Shown here piece by piece: positions 45,899 to 55,356 of a stretch of 64,000 nt of DNA. The stretch is from Candidatus Doudnabacteria bacterium. GTDB lineage: Bacteria; Patescibacteriota; Doudnabacteria; UBA920; 2-01-FULL-46-14. The stretch is from positions 143,672 through 207,671 of the forward strand of contig JBGQGB010000001.1 of assembly GCA_041497195.1 (NCBI GenBank), given 5' to 3'. The position numbers were made by a program, and so were the translations under genes. The notes below the pieces were generated by a model. It searched no databases and was not told the origin of the DNA. It saw only the letters and a program-made list of their open reading frames with translations. Each line of letters starts with the position of its first letter. Position 1 is the first letter of the stretch.

Positions 45899-46378
45899 CT
45901 AAAAATCAGGTGGTTGGTTTTGTTCCGCTTCCTCTCGCTTGTGTTTTTGCTTGGCGTAGAGAACCCACAACATGATCATGGTCACCACAACAACCGCGCT
46001 GAAATTGATGGTATTGAACACCTGCAAGGGGTCTGCTGAGAGATAGCGGATCGCCCCTGACCACAGGGCGAATTCATCAATGACCAAGCCCAAACCGATC
46101 CCATAGATGAAAGCGCCGAGACGGCGCGGAATGTTCTTCCCCAAGACGATTTGGAGAAAACCCATAATCAGAATAATAAAATTCCCGTACACAAAATGGT
46201 GGAGCCGGAAGCCGTCAATACTGATGAAAAGGCTGCGCGGGAGCTCGTCAGTTTTGATCACGAAAAAAGCGATCAAGCGGGCAATCAAGACGACTGTCAA
46301 AAAAGTGAACAAAGTAATCGCCAGGGGTTCCTGGAGACTGAAAAGTCTGATATTTTTTTTTGCGACTGTCTCAGACAC
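45899..46378 (-). CDS. hypothetical membrane protein (4 TM)
   Basis: 159 aa and hydrophobic. It is transcribed divergently from the multi-HTH gene. No motif was recognised. Confidence 0.45.
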   Translation of the reverse strand: MSETVAKKNIRLFSLQEPLAITLFTFLTVVLIARLIAFFVIKTDELPRSLFISIDGFRLHHFVYGNFIILIMGFLQIVLGKNIPRRLGAFIYGIGLGLVIDEFALWSGAIRYLSADPLQVFNTINFSAVVVVTMIMLWVLYAKQKHKREEAEQNQPPDF

Positions 46379-46527
46379 AGCGATTATCTCTTGTGTTTGG
46401 AAAATACCTCTGGCAGAGCAACCTTAGCACAAATTACGCTTTTGAAAAAGCCCTGGGCCTGGCTTATTTACAAAACCGAAGGAGTAATGATAGACTGACC
46501 AGTCAGATCAAAGGAGGAAAATTCACT

Positions 46528-47547
46528 ATGCGCTTAGGGACTGAACTGAGAAATATCAGACAGGGGCAGGGATGGAGTCTGAGAGCTGCGGCAGACAAAA
46601 TCCGCAGGGTCGGCTGGACAGGAATCACCCCTCAATATCTCGGCCATATCGAGCGCGGCGACACGTTGCGTCCGGCTTTGGAAAAATTGGCCTGGCTCGC
46701 TCGGGCCTATGGCTTACGGCGTCAACTTCTGGAAAGTTGGCTACCACCAGAACCGCCGCTTGCGATAAAACCGAGGACAGAACTTGGCCAAGCACTGCTG
46801 GCCGAACTCGCTACAAGAAATCTTTCGGTTGCCAACTTCGCCAAGCTGCTGGACGAAACCACCAAGTATCTCCGAGAGTTGCTCCGCGGCGACTTCAAAA
46901 GCCTATCTGCCCACCGCGCGCCAAAATTTGTCAAAGTTCTGAAATGGCCTCCACAGAAAGTCTTCCGCTTTGCCCAGCGGATCCAAAACGAAGCGTGCGA
47001 CACAGCCATCGGCCAGTGGGCCTTGAAGCGAAGAATTGAGCTGGGCAAAACCCAAAAACAAATCGGGCTAGAGGCAGGGGGAGTGCACCAGCGCGTCATC
47101 AGCGCTCTGGAACGAGGCAGAATCAATCTCCGCAGGCTCGCTTGGGCCAAACATGCTCTATGGGCTGCAGCCTATGCGGTGACAACTCAGGAGTTTAGAC
47201 AGCGGATTCTAGGACTGTCACATGTAGCAGTAGCCGAACGGCAGCCACCCAAACCCACGCGCGCTCTTCCCCGGCAGTTACCACCGCTAGCAAAGCCGAA
47301 ACCTAACGTCGAGAAAAAGGTCAAGTTGCCAGAGACTCCTCTCAAAAAACCTCAGCCAACACTGGAAACCTCACCCAAACCTCTGCCGAGCCCGCAGCAA
47401 GCATCTCCGGCAGTTCTGCCCAAATACGTTATACCCAGAGCAGCAGTTCGGACCGGACTCCCGCTCTCGCGCGAAACTCTGCACGAATGGTTGGAAAAAA
47501 GAGTAGCGCTGGAAACAACTCTCCACAGACAAGCCCGCGGATCGTAA
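46528..47547 (+). CDS. multi-HTH (XRE/Cro-C1-type) DNA-binding protein with Pro-rich C-terminal tail
   Basis: The start was chosen at the ATG preceded by AGGAGG (46528); the longer ORF from 46360 lacks an RBS. Three XRE-like helix-turn-helix units are present (LRNIRQGQGWSLRAAADKI...YLGHIERGD, LSVANFAKLLDETTKYL, KRRIELGKTQKQIGLEAGGVHQRVISALERGR). The tail reads PPKPTRALPRQLPPLAKPKPN. GC is noticeably higher than in neighbouring genes. Confidence 0.6.
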   Translation: MRLGTELRNIRQGQGWSLRAAADKIRRVGWTGITPQYLGHIERGDTLRPALEKLAWLARAYGLRRQLLESWLPPEPPLAIKPRTELGQALLAELATRNLSVANFAKLLDETTKYLRELLRGDFKSLSAHRAPKFVKVLKWPPQKVFRFAQRIQNEACDTAIGQWALKRRIELGKTQKQIGLEAGGVHQRVISALERGRINLRRLAWAKHALWAAAYAVTTQEFRQRILGLSHVAVAERQPPKPTRALPRQLPPLAKPKPNVEKKVKLPETPLKKPQPTLETSPKPLPSPQQASPAVLPKYVIPRAAVRTGLPLSRETLHEWLEKRVALETTLHRQARGS

Positions 47548-47577
47548 GATCAGATCCGCGAGCAATTTTTTTCCATG
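47534..47577 (+). terminator. rho-independent terminator of the multi-HTH gene
   Basis: CGCGGATC-gtaagatca-GATCCGCG (8-bp stem) followed by agcaaTTTTTTT. A second hairpin plus T-run lies at about 47655-47690. Confidence 0.5.
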
Positions 47578-47689
47578 AAGTTGAGATAAAATCCTTACGT
47601 CAAATTTTCATGTAAAAAATGGGGGTATGCTTTTAATCTCCCTCTCTTGACCGCAGTTTCAACTAGACGCGACTAGCTCGTCTTTTTAT

Positions 47690-48190
47690 TTAGCTCACGT
47701 TTTGTTTGTATTGTTTCATCAAGCCGTACTCATGCCAGGTCAGAGCCACGATGACTGCATCGAACACCGTCAGCAGAACCAAGCTGATGGCATGAGTAAA
47801 AGTGTAGCGGTAGACTTGATAGAAAATGAAAGCGGTAAGAACCGCAATGGAGGCCGGATAGGCCCAAAGTTTATTCCGCAATAATCCCCAGACCAAAAAA
47901 AATTTTATCAAACCGTGCGAAATCAAATATAGCTCGGGAAATAATCTAGCCCCGGCTATAAAATGCGCAAAAAAACTCACGACATGAGTGGCGAGTAAGT
48001 CTTGCGGGTCTTCGGACAGCTCGTGCTGCGTGAGCAACACGACCAGACTGTTTAGTCTGGCAGTACTAATAAAAAATAGGAGCACACCGCCGATCGTCTC
48101 CAAGGCTCCATCTAGACCTTTGATGATAACTCCGATTTCGAAAATTCTTCTGAGGTACCGCTCTGGCAATGAAAATTTGGCTGCGATCAT
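47690..48190 (-). CDS. hypothetical membrane protein
   Basis: 166 aa with 4 predicted TM helices. No diagnostic motif was found. Confidence 0.4.
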   Translation of the reverse strand: MIAAKFSLPERYLRRIFEIGVIIKGLDGALETIGGVLLFFISTARLNSLVVLLTQHELSEDPQDLLATHVVSFFAHFIAGARLFPELYLISHGLIKFFLVWGLLRNKLWAYPASIAVLTAFIFYQVYRYTFTHAISLVLLTVFDAVIVALTWHEYGLMKQYKQNVS

Positions 48191-48288
48191 ATTGTAAAAA
48201 ACCTAAAGGTGAAGGTCCTGTCGCTGTTCTGCCATCGCTTTGGCAAAAAACAGGCTCCTTGGGCCAGGCTGCGCCTGGAAGCGTGCAG

Positions 48289-48648
48289 TCATTTGTAGGT
48301 GGAAAAATGATGCCAAACAGTTAGCAGCCCGATCACCAACGCGCCCGAAGAACCGACCAATACGGCCGCAGCCATCATGTCCTTGATCTTTCCCACCAAG
48401 TTGTCCTGACCGGGTTTTAGGGCATCGAGAATTTTCTCGACAATGGTATTGACAGTTTCAAGCACAAGCACCAAAATAATCGCCAAAATAATCGCGGCGT
48501 CTTCGACGTACGAAAAATTGAGCACCAAAAGTGCAAAAATAAGGACGAGTGCAACCAGCGCTTGAATTCGAAAACTCTGCTCTGTTTGCCAAATGTACCG
48601 CAACCCGCGAAGCGCGTAACGGAAACTATTTTTGAGCCGCTGGAACAT
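48289..48648 (-). CDS. dgkA: diacylglycerol kinase / undecaprenol kinase family protein
   Basis: 119 aa. It reads ...LVLETVNTIVEKILDALKPGQDNLVGKIKDMMAAAVLVGSSGALVIGLLTVW, matching the prokaryotic DgkA core. Confidence 0.85.
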   Translation of the reverse strand: MFQRLKNSFRYALRGLRYIWQTEQSFRIQALVALVLIFALLVLNFSYVEDAAIILAIILVLVLETVNTIVEKILDALKPGQDNLVGKIKDMMAAAVLVGSSGALVIGLLTVWHHFSTYK

Positions 48649-48718
48649 GTCTCAATTATACCATCAAGCTGAAAAACAGCCTATGGACCACACGTCGGCT
48701 CTTTTTATTGCACAAATT

Positions 48719-49711
48719 TTAAGCGAATGATTGGGATTTTTCCAGTTTCATCATGAGGGGCGTCAACAAACCTTCAGCTTCATCGGCATTTTTGACGAGC
48801 ATCAGATTTGCGCGCAGTTCCCGCGCCCCGGGAAAATCGGAAATATAAGCTTTGTAATGCTTCTTCATGACATCGAAACTTTTGCGCCCGGCAAAGAGTT
48901 TCTCAAAAAGCCGCGTGTGCTCCTGCATCACCCGAAACCGCTGCTGCAAGGAAACTCCCTCTGGCGAAGGGTTACGATCGAAAAACCATGGGTTACCGAA
49001 AATTCCCCTACCGACCATGATGCCCGCGGCACCGCTCTCGGTGACTTTCTGCAAGGCCTCCGGGATGCTGCTGAGGTCGCCGTTTCCCAGAATCAAAGTC
49101 TCGGATTGCGACTCCCTGGCAATCTGGACGGCCTCGCGGACCGCGTCCCAATGCGCGGGTACGGCGGACATTTCTTTTCTGGTGCGGGCATGAATCGTAA
49201 TCGCAGCCGGCTCGGATTCCAGAAGATACTTGATCCACTCAGACAGGGTGTTTTGATTGTAACCGATCCTGGTCTTGACCGAGACGGGCAGGTTCCCGGC
49301 CCCTCTTTTGGTGGCGGCAATGATCTCCTGGGCCAGTCTGGGGGTCTTCACCAGGGCGGCTCCCGCTCCCTGCTTTTCGACAGCCCGGTCCGGACAGCCC
49401 ATATTGATGTCGATCCCGTCAAAACCGAGCTGCTGCAAAAGCCGGGCCACCTCATAAAAATGTTCGGGTTTGCTGCCAAAAATTTGGCCCACAATCGGCC
49501 GCTGCAACTCGCTGTATTGCAAATCCAAAAGCAGGTGCTCTCGACCCGGTGAGAGCAATCCATCACAGGAGACAAACTCAGTCCACATCACGTCTGGCTT
49601 GCCGTATTTGGCGATGATCTCGCGAAAAGCCGCGTCCGTCACATTCGCCATCGGAGCCAGGGCCAGGATTGGTCTATTTAACTTTTCCCAAAAGCCCTTT
49701 ATCATGGTCAT
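48719..49711 (-). CDS. dus: tRNA-dihydrouridine synthase
   Basis: It carries LAPMANVTDAAFREI, IDINMGCP and a conserved Cys/Lys region, giving a Dus-family TIM barrel. Confidence 0.9.
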   Translation of the reverse strand: MTMIKGFWEKLNRPILALAPMANVTDAAFREIIAKYGKPDVMWTEFVSCDGLLSPGREHLLLDLQYSELQRPIVGQIFGSKPEHFYEVARLLQQLGFDGIDINMGCPDRAVEKQGAGAALVKTPRLAQEIIAATKRGAGNLPVSVKTRIGYNQNTLSEWIKYLLESEPAAITIHARTRKEMSAVPAHWDAVREAVQIARESQSETLILGNGDLSSIPEALQKVTESGAAGIMVGRGIFGNPWFFDRNPSPEGVSLQQRFRVMQEHTRLFEKLFAGRKSFDVMKKHYKAYISDFPGARELRANLMLVKNADEAEGLLTPLMMKLEKSQSFA

Positions 49712-49737
49712 AGAGTCATTAGTATATCATTTTCCTT

Positions 49738-50454
49738 ATGGCTGAACTCACCTATCCAGTCCGCATCAACCACTACCTGGCCCTGGAAAAAATCTGCTCG
49801 CGCCGCATGGCTGATATTTTGATTGGTCAGGGCAAGGTCAAAATCAACGGGCGTCCCGCTGTCCTCGGCCAAAAAGTCGAAAGAGGTGACAGTGTCACGG
49901 TTGATCGCGAAATCCAAGACAATCTCCGACAAAACCGCGTGTTTCTGGCCTACAACAAACCAGTTGGAGTCATCACCCACGGGCCGCAACACAATGAAAA
50001 AAGCATTGCTGACGTTTTAGCGTTCAAAAGCAAGCTCTTCCCCATCGGGCGACTCGACAAAGACTCCCATGGACTCATCATCCTCACCAATGATGGCCGT
50101 ATCACAGACCGCCTGCTTAATCCGAAATATGAACACGACAAGGAATATGTGGTCAAAGTCAACAAAACAGTCCGTCCCGGATTTCTGCGGCACTTGCAAG
50201 AAGGAATTACTCTCGAGAATTATCAGACCAAACCAGCTGCAGCGGAAAAATTGAGCGATACTTCGTTTCGCATCGTCCTGACCGAGGGCAAAAACCGGCA
50301 AATACGCAAAATGTGCGCGGCTTTCAATTATCAGGTCCTCGACCTCAAACGCGTGCGCATCATGAACATCCGCTTGGATAATCTAAAACAAAACCAATAT
50401 CGTACCCTCAAAGGCCAGGAGCTGCAAAAATTTTTGACAAGCCTTGGTCTCTGA
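49738..50454 (+). CDS. pseudouridine synthase, RsuA/RluB family
   Basis: An N-terminal S4 domain (VRINHYLALEKICSRRMADILIGQGKVKINGR) precedes the catalytic motif GRLDKDSHGLIILTNDG. Confidence 0.85.
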   Translation: MAELTYPVRINHYLALEKICSRRMADILIGQGKVKINGRPAVLGQKVERGDSVTVDREIQDNLRQNRVFLAYNKPVGVITHGPQHNEKSIADVLAFKSKLFPIGRLDKDSHGLIILTNDGRITDRLLNPKYEHDKEYVVKVNKTVRPGFLRHLQEGITLENYQTKPAAAEKLSDTSFRIVLTEGKNRQIRKMCAAFNYQVLDLKRVRIMNIRLDNLKQNQYRTLKGQELQKFLTSLGL

Positions 50455-50594
50455 AAAAAGACCGGATATGAACTCTACGCTAAAGGCTGCGACCCCCGCT
50501 CCAAAACCGCGTAAGATTTGCCCCTAGGCTTAGTCAAATATAGGGTAGAAAAAGCCTAGAAAACAATTAATAAACAAGAGAAAGGGCAAATTTT

Positions 50595-51224
50595 ATGAAC
50601 AAATTCACTCGTTTGGCGCCCGCACTTGGGTTGCTTTTTATCCTGGTTCCAGCCGCAGCTCTGGCCAAGGGTGATGGGAATGACCGGGACGGGGGGCACG
50701 GGATCAGAGGGTTCTTCAACCTCGGCGGCAAAATCCATTGGGATTTCAAAAACCGCTTCCATACCGGAACAGTGACAGCTGTCGGCACAAGTAGCTTTGA
50801 CATAAAGACCTCTGACGGCACCATTTTGACAGTGAATACCGGGACGGCGAAATTGCAGCATCCTTTCGGAGCGACTATCCAATTGTCTGACATAAAAGTG
50901 AACGACAAGGTCCAAGTCAAAGGTACCACCAATGGCAATCAGATTGACGCGGCCATCGTCGTTGATTCTCCCGAGAATACGCACCCTGCCAAGGCGCACG
51001 GCACAGTCACTGCAGTCAATGGGAATAGCTTCACCCTGCAAAGCAACCATCAAGGAGTCGTCTTTACCGTCAATGTGAATACGAACAGCACCACGACCTT
51101 CAAAAGCTCTAGCACCTCGACAACCACGATTGCTAACGTCCAGGTCGGCAGCAAAGTCACAGTCAAAGGCTTGTGGGACGAAATCCTCAATATCCTAAAC
51201 GCCATTAAAGTGCACATCAGGTAA
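50595..51224 (+). CDS. secreted protein with two internal roughly 70-aa repeats (DUF5666-like)
   Basis: It has a signal peptide (MNKFTRLAPALGLLFILVPAAALA). The repeats are TGTVTAVGTSSFDIKTSDGTILTVNTGTAKLQ...VQVKGT and HGTVTAVNGNSFTLQSNHQGVVFTVNVNTNSTTTFK...VTVKG. Confidence 0.5.
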   Translation: MNKFTRLAPALGLLFILVPAAALAKGDGNDRDGGHGIRGFFNLGGKIHWDFKNRFHTGTVTAVGTSSFDIKTSDGTILTVNTGTAKLQHPFGATIQLSDIKVNDKVQVKGTTNGNQIDAAIVVDSPENTHPAKAHGTVTAVNGNSFTLQSNHQGVVFTVNVNTNSTTTFKSSSTSTTTIANVQVGSKVTVKGLWDEILNILNAIKVHIR

Positions 51225-51247
51225 CCAAACCAAAAAACTTCCACCAA

Positions 51248-51280
51248 CAAAAAAATACGGCTTGAGGCCGTATTTTTTGT
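51248..51280. terminator. bidirectional rho-independent terminator
   Basis: AAAAAAA-ATACGGC-ttgag-GCCGTAT-TTTTTTG, positioned between convergent genes. Confidence 0.65.
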
Positions 51281-51332
51281 GTGAATCGAGTGTTTTTTTT
51301 ACTCCACGTTGAAGGATCTTAAGAACCAAAAA

Positions 51333-51965
51333 TCAGGCTAGTTTTTGGAGATTCGGCCCGCTGGTCGGTATTCTAAAAACGATGAATTTATAGCCCAAAA
51401 AATCTACCAAAAAACCTATCAGAGTAGCCAAAGCTTTCCCTATATTCAGCCAGGCCACGTTGCTCAATCCCAATGCTGGGTGCAGATAACTGGTAAACAG
51501 CACGATAATCAGGCTGTTGACTATGAGCCCGAAGAACGTGACTATGGCAAATTTTGGAATATCGTTGAAAAAACCTTTGTTGTCTATTTTTTTAAAGACC
51601 CATTGTTTGTTCCAAATATAACTATTGGAGGCAGCCAGGAGCGTTCCCGGAATATTGAAGCCACCCACTGCCAGGCCAGCTGTAACCCCAGTGGCCAGAC
51701 TGGCCAGGTTTAAAAAACCAAAATTAATCGCTGTATTCAAAACGCCGACCTCGGCGAACTTGCTCAACTGAAGCATGACAGGGATCATTCTCGATAAAGC
51801 CTGACCTACCCAAAAACCGACCGCCCAGAGCAAGGCCAAAGCAAACGGCAAGACAATGAGGGTTAATGTGTTTTGGTAATGAAGGTTCAACAGCGTGGGG
51901 ATCGCGCACAATCCTGTCAAAAATCCTGCCAGCGCTGCCACTGAGTAGTCCTTGGATAGTTTCAT
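51333..51965 (-). CDS. GtrA-like family membrane protein (polysaccharide/lipid-linked sugar flippase-associated)
   Basis: 210 aa with 4-5 TM helices. It carries the GtrA-like motifs AEVGVLNTAINFGFLNL and YIWNKQWVF. Confidence 0.5.
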   Translation of the reverse strand: MKLSKDYSVAALAGFLTGLCAIPTLLNLHYQNTLTLIVLPFALALLWAVGFWVGQALSRMIPVMLQLSKFAEVGVLNTAINFGFLNLASLATGVTAGLAVGGFNIPGTLLAASNSYIWNKQWVFKKIDNKGFFNDIPKFAIVTFFGLIVNSLIIVLFTSYLHPALGLSNVAWLNIGKALATLIGFLVDFLGYKFIVFRIPTSGPNLQKLA

Positions 51966-52038
51966 TTTTGTTTCTGCTTAGTTATTTATTTCATCTAAAG
52001 GATATCATGAAATCTGCAACTAATCAATCCGCGAGGGG

Positions 52039-52617
52039 TCACTCCACCGGATTAGTCTGCTCGCGCCCGCTCTTGAGCTTGCTCACTGAACACTGACCAT
52101 CCCACAATCCCAATTGATTGGTCCGCGCATAAGTTTCGGTATCGTGAAACTCTTGCGTCTTGGAAATATCCGGAGGATACCGATAAGCAAAGGCATAGCC
52201 CTGCTTCACCAGTTCCAAATTGACAAAAGTCCCGTCCTCGAGATACACAAACCCGAGCCAGCGGCCGTATTGGTCCTTCTCGCTCACGTCTTTGTAAAAC
52301 TTGATGGTTTTCCCCTCGACCAGTTCTTTATTCTTTTCCGCTGCCTCGCGGGCAAAACATTGCACTGGCTTGCGCTTGTCCACCTCTTCGGGCGTATCAA
52401 TACCAATGTATCTGAGGCGCTCACCATTGGCCAAGGTGATGGTATCTCCGTCGACCACCTCTGCGACCTTGATCGGTTGGCCGTATCCGACTTTGATGGT
52501 CCGGTCATAGGTGACCCCGGCCACGCGCGGCTCCGAGCCAACGATATGGTCTTGGTAATAAATCCCAAAAACCACTATCGCAAGCCCCGCCGCCAAAACT
52601 ACAAATTTAGTTTTCAT
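52039..52617 (-). CDS. membrane-anchored thermonuclease (staphylococcal nuclease-like, SNase domain)
   Basis: It carries VVDGDTITLANGERLRYIGIDTPE and the Ca-binding/catalytic motifs of SNase, with an N-terminal TM anchor. Confidence 0.8.
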   Translation of the reverse strand: MKTKFVVLAAGLAIVVFGIYYQDHIVGSEPRVAGVTYDRTIKVGYGQPIKVAEVVDGDTITLANGERLRYIGIDTPEEVDKRKPVQCFAREAAEKNKELVEGKTIKFYKDVSEKDQYGRWLGFVYLEDGTFVNLELVKQGYAFAYRYPPDISKTQEFHDTETYARTNQLGLWDGQCSVSKLKSGREQTNPVE

Positions 52618-52668
52618 GTTTTGAAACAGGAAAGGTGACCTGGCCCTGGCGCGACCGAAAGGTTGAAG

Positions 52669-53067
52669 CTAGGATTCTGACGTGTGACCAGCAAAGTGCT
52701 CATCATCAGCCTGGGCCTGGTCTTTCGTTTCGTGGGTGACGCCGTCGCGATGATGCGGCGGGCAATAAAGAGTATACAATTTTAGGGAGTCGGTTGCCGA
52801 GGAATTGATGACATTGTGCTTCGCCCCAGCCGGAACGATCACGGCGGATCCGGCTGAGATGTCATGTTTGACTTTGTCGATCACCACAATCCCCTTTCCC
52901 TTTTCAAAACGAAAAAACTGATCCACATCGTGAACTTCTTCGCCAATCTCTTCCTGGGGCCGCAAGCTCATCAGAACCAATTGGCTGAATTTCGCCGTGT
53001 ACAAGACTCTGCGAAAATAGGTATTCTCCAAGGTTAATTTTTCAATATTGTCTGTGTATCCTTGCAT
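52669..53067 (-). CDS. cupin-domain protein
   Basis: 132 aa. Its two cupin motifs are suggested by EEVHDVDQFFRFEKGKGIVVI and AGSAVIVPAGAKHNVIN. Confidence 0.65.
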   Translation of the reverse strand: MQGYTDNIEKLTLENTYFRRVLYTAKFSQLVLMSLRPQEEIGEEVHDVDQFFRFEKGKGIVVIDKVKHDISAGSAVIVPAGAKHNVINSSATDSLKLYTLYCPPHHRDGVTHETKDQAQADDEHFAGHTSES

Positions 53068-53088
53068 AAATTTTATTATATTAAGTAT

Positions 53089-53511
53089 TTATTTTAGCAA
53101 AACCGTTACCAAGACGCCGGCCGTCACCAACATTCCGCCCAGAACATTGCCGAACGTGGGCTGCTCGCCCAAAAAGATAAACGCCAGAATGATAGTCAGA
53201 GCCACGCTCAACTTGTCCACTGGCGCGACTCTGGCCGCCTCGCCCAACTGCAAGGCTTTGTAATAAAACAGCCAGGACAAACCAGTCGCAATTGCCGAGA
53301 GAATAATAAAAAAATAGGAGTATCTGGAAATTTTGAAAAGCTCACTGGCGTTGCCCTGCAGCCACACTATACTCCAGGCAAAAACCACGATGATCACGGT
53401 CCTGATGGCCACTGCCAGATTGCTGTCCACCCCTCTGATGCCGATTTTTCCAAAAATGGCCACCAGAGAAGCAAAAAAAGCCGAGAGGATCGCATAAAAT
53501 ATCCAGTTCAT
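53089..53511 (-). CDS. EamA-like/DMT-superfamily small membrane transporter (4 TM)
   Basis: 140 aa, reading ILSAFFASLVAIFGKIG ... LGEQPTFGNVLGGMLVTAGVLV, typical of a single EamA domain. Confidence 0.6.
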   Translation of the reverse strand: MNWIFYAILSAFFASLVAIFGKIGIRGVDSNLAVAIRTVIIVVFAWSIVWLQGNASELFKISRYSYFFIILSAIATGLSWLFYYKALQLGEAARVAPVDKLSVALTIILAFIFLGEQPTFGNVLGGMLVTAGVLVTVLLK

Positions 53512-53604
53512 ATGAGCAAGGATGCCCTTTCTTCTCCATCATAGCAAAAAACCGCACTTGAGGCGATTTTTTTGCGGATCGGATTCGATTTGGTGCGGAG
53601 AAAA

Positions 53605-54054
53605 TTAAAAAACTTTTCGCCCAGACTCCATCCACCTCTTGTACAAATAGCCAGCAGAGGCGAGATAGAGCAGGCCCACGATTATCAAAACGAAGCGGTT
53701 CGAAGAAATCGACATCCCGATATTGGTTCTGAGGATGCCTGCGAGCCCCAGATTGAGACCAGAGATCGCCAGCACAAAAAAAGCCACAGTGTCCATGGTC
53801 TCTTTTTTGCCAAAGAGCATTTTTTGTCCATACCATCGATACAGCAAGTAGCCTGACGCCACACCTGATATTACCCAAGCTAAGGTCAAAAGTAGGCTGA
53901 TGAGTCCGTACAGCGAGGGGACGCGGAAAAGGAACAATACCGGCGGGATACCCCCGAGAAAGAGAGCTATCGCGGCAATGAGCAACCGCACTTCTGACCA
54001 GAAAAAACTATATCTCTCAAGCTGACCTGGTTGGGTATGTTCTTGTAGATTCAT
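53605..54054 (-). CDS. hypothetical membrane protein
   Basis: 149 aa with 4 hydrophobic helices and no motif. Confidence 0.4.
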   Translation of the reverse strand: MNLQEHTQPGQLERYSFFWSEVRLLIAAIALFLGGIPPVLFLFRVPSLYGLISLLLTLAWVISGVASGYLLYRWYGQKMLFGKKETMDTVAFFVLAISGLNLGLAGILRTNIGMSISSNRFVLIIVGLLYLASAGYLYKRWMESGRKVF

Positions 54055-54202
54055 ATGCTTATTTTTTTGCTTATTCCTTTATTAATATTTCCTGACCGCA
54101 GTATAGCACGTATGGGATGACTCGTCTGCCGTGACCTATCTGGAAAGTGTAATTTTACTTTTGAACTAACCATGGTAAAATAAAAGCATCCGTGTAAAAA
54201 AG

Positions 54203-54808
54203 GTGGCCAACTATAAAGAACAACGGGGTCATTTGATAAAATCAAACAAGGTTATCTGGTTTATTGTTTTATTACTAGTTATTGTTGCGGGCGTAATTAT
54301 TCTGGCAAACAGAAATCGTGCGGGTAGCAAGGGCGCCCCAAACAGCGACATACCGATACATATGGATCTCACCAGTTCGGCATTTCAATTCAATCAGCCA
54401 ATCCCATTAAAATATAGTTGCGAGGGGCAAGGCATTAACCCACCCTTGGATATTTCGGGCACGCCGCGTTTCGCAAAATCTCTGGCTTTGATAGTGCATG
54501 ATCCGGACGCCCCGGCGAAAGGCGGATTTACGCATTGGGTGATATTCAATATTGCTCCGACGACGACTTACGTTGCAGAAAATTCTGTCCCACAGGGAGC
54601 GATCCAAGGAATGAATGACGCTGGGAAAAACATTTATATTGGTCCGTGCCCGCCGAGCGGTACGCATCATTATCATTTCATGCTCTACGCTCTTGATACC
54701 GTCTTGGGTTTGACCCCCAGCACTGCAAAAGACACTTTGATCCATGCAATGCAGGGCCATATTATCGGCCAAACTGATTTGATCGGGACCTACCAAAAAT
54801 CCAAATAA
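54203..54808 (+). CDS. YbhB/YbcL-family phosphatidylethanolamine-binding protein (PEBP), membrane-anchored
   Basis: The PEBP signature reads LALIVHDPDAPAKGGFTHWVIFNI...GPCPPSGTHHYHFMLYALD. An N-terminal TM helix is present. Confidence 0.85.
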   Translation: MANYKEQRGHLIKSNKVIWFIVLLLVIVAGVIILANRNRAGSKGAPNSDIPIHMDLTSSAFQFNQPIPLKYSCEGQGINPPLDISGTPRFAKSLALIVHDPDAPAKGGFTHWVIFNIAPTTTYVAENSVPQGAIQGMNDAGKNIYIGPCPPSGTHHYHFMLYALDTVLGLTPSTAKDTLIHAMQGHIIGQTDLIGTYQKSK

Positions 54809-54867
54809 TTTTTCGGCTGAAATAAAACAATCGCAAAAAATCGCCTCGGGAGCGATTTTTTTAGGTG

Positions 54868-55236
54868 CTATTTTTCTTTTCTCATCCGATAGAAATAATA
54901 CAAAGCCAGAGGCGCTCCCCAATTAGCGGAGCGCTCGATAAAATCCAGCCAGCCCACGCCAACTATCGGTCTCAGTAAGGCTGTCCAAAATCCCCAGAAA
55001 GTGGCCCAGAGCAACACCCAGTTTAGCGGTTTGATAAGTACGATCGCCGCGACGATCAAATCGCTGATGCCTATCAAAAGCAGCAGGGTATGGGCGGTTG
55101 GATTGCCAACGTGAATTAGCTTCACGATCCAGCTAATCCAGTCTGCTTTACCCCCAATACCCAAAAAGCCGTGGCCAATAAATTCACCGGCGACACCTAT
55201 TCGCAAGGCCCATTCCATTTTTTGTGTAGTTGTCAT
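54868..55236 (-). CDS. DoxX-family membrane protein
   Basis: 122 aa with 4 TM helices and a DoxX-like arrangement (LRIGVAGEFIGHGFLGI...). Confidence 0.5.
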   Translation of the reverse strand: MTTTQKMEWALRIGVAGEFIGHGFLGIGGKADWISWIVKLIHVGNPTAHTLLLLIGISDLIVAAIVLIKPLNWVLLWATFWGFWTALLRPIVGVGWLDFIERSANWGAPLALYYFYRMRKEK

Positions 55237-55356
55237 ATTTTTGTTTCTTAAGGATTGCTACGGGAATTAGCATACACCCGGCCAATTTAACTGTAAACCC
55301 ATACCACAAAAACCATCTCTTTAGCTGACTTCACTCCTGGTACGGAGCCGCGAGAT

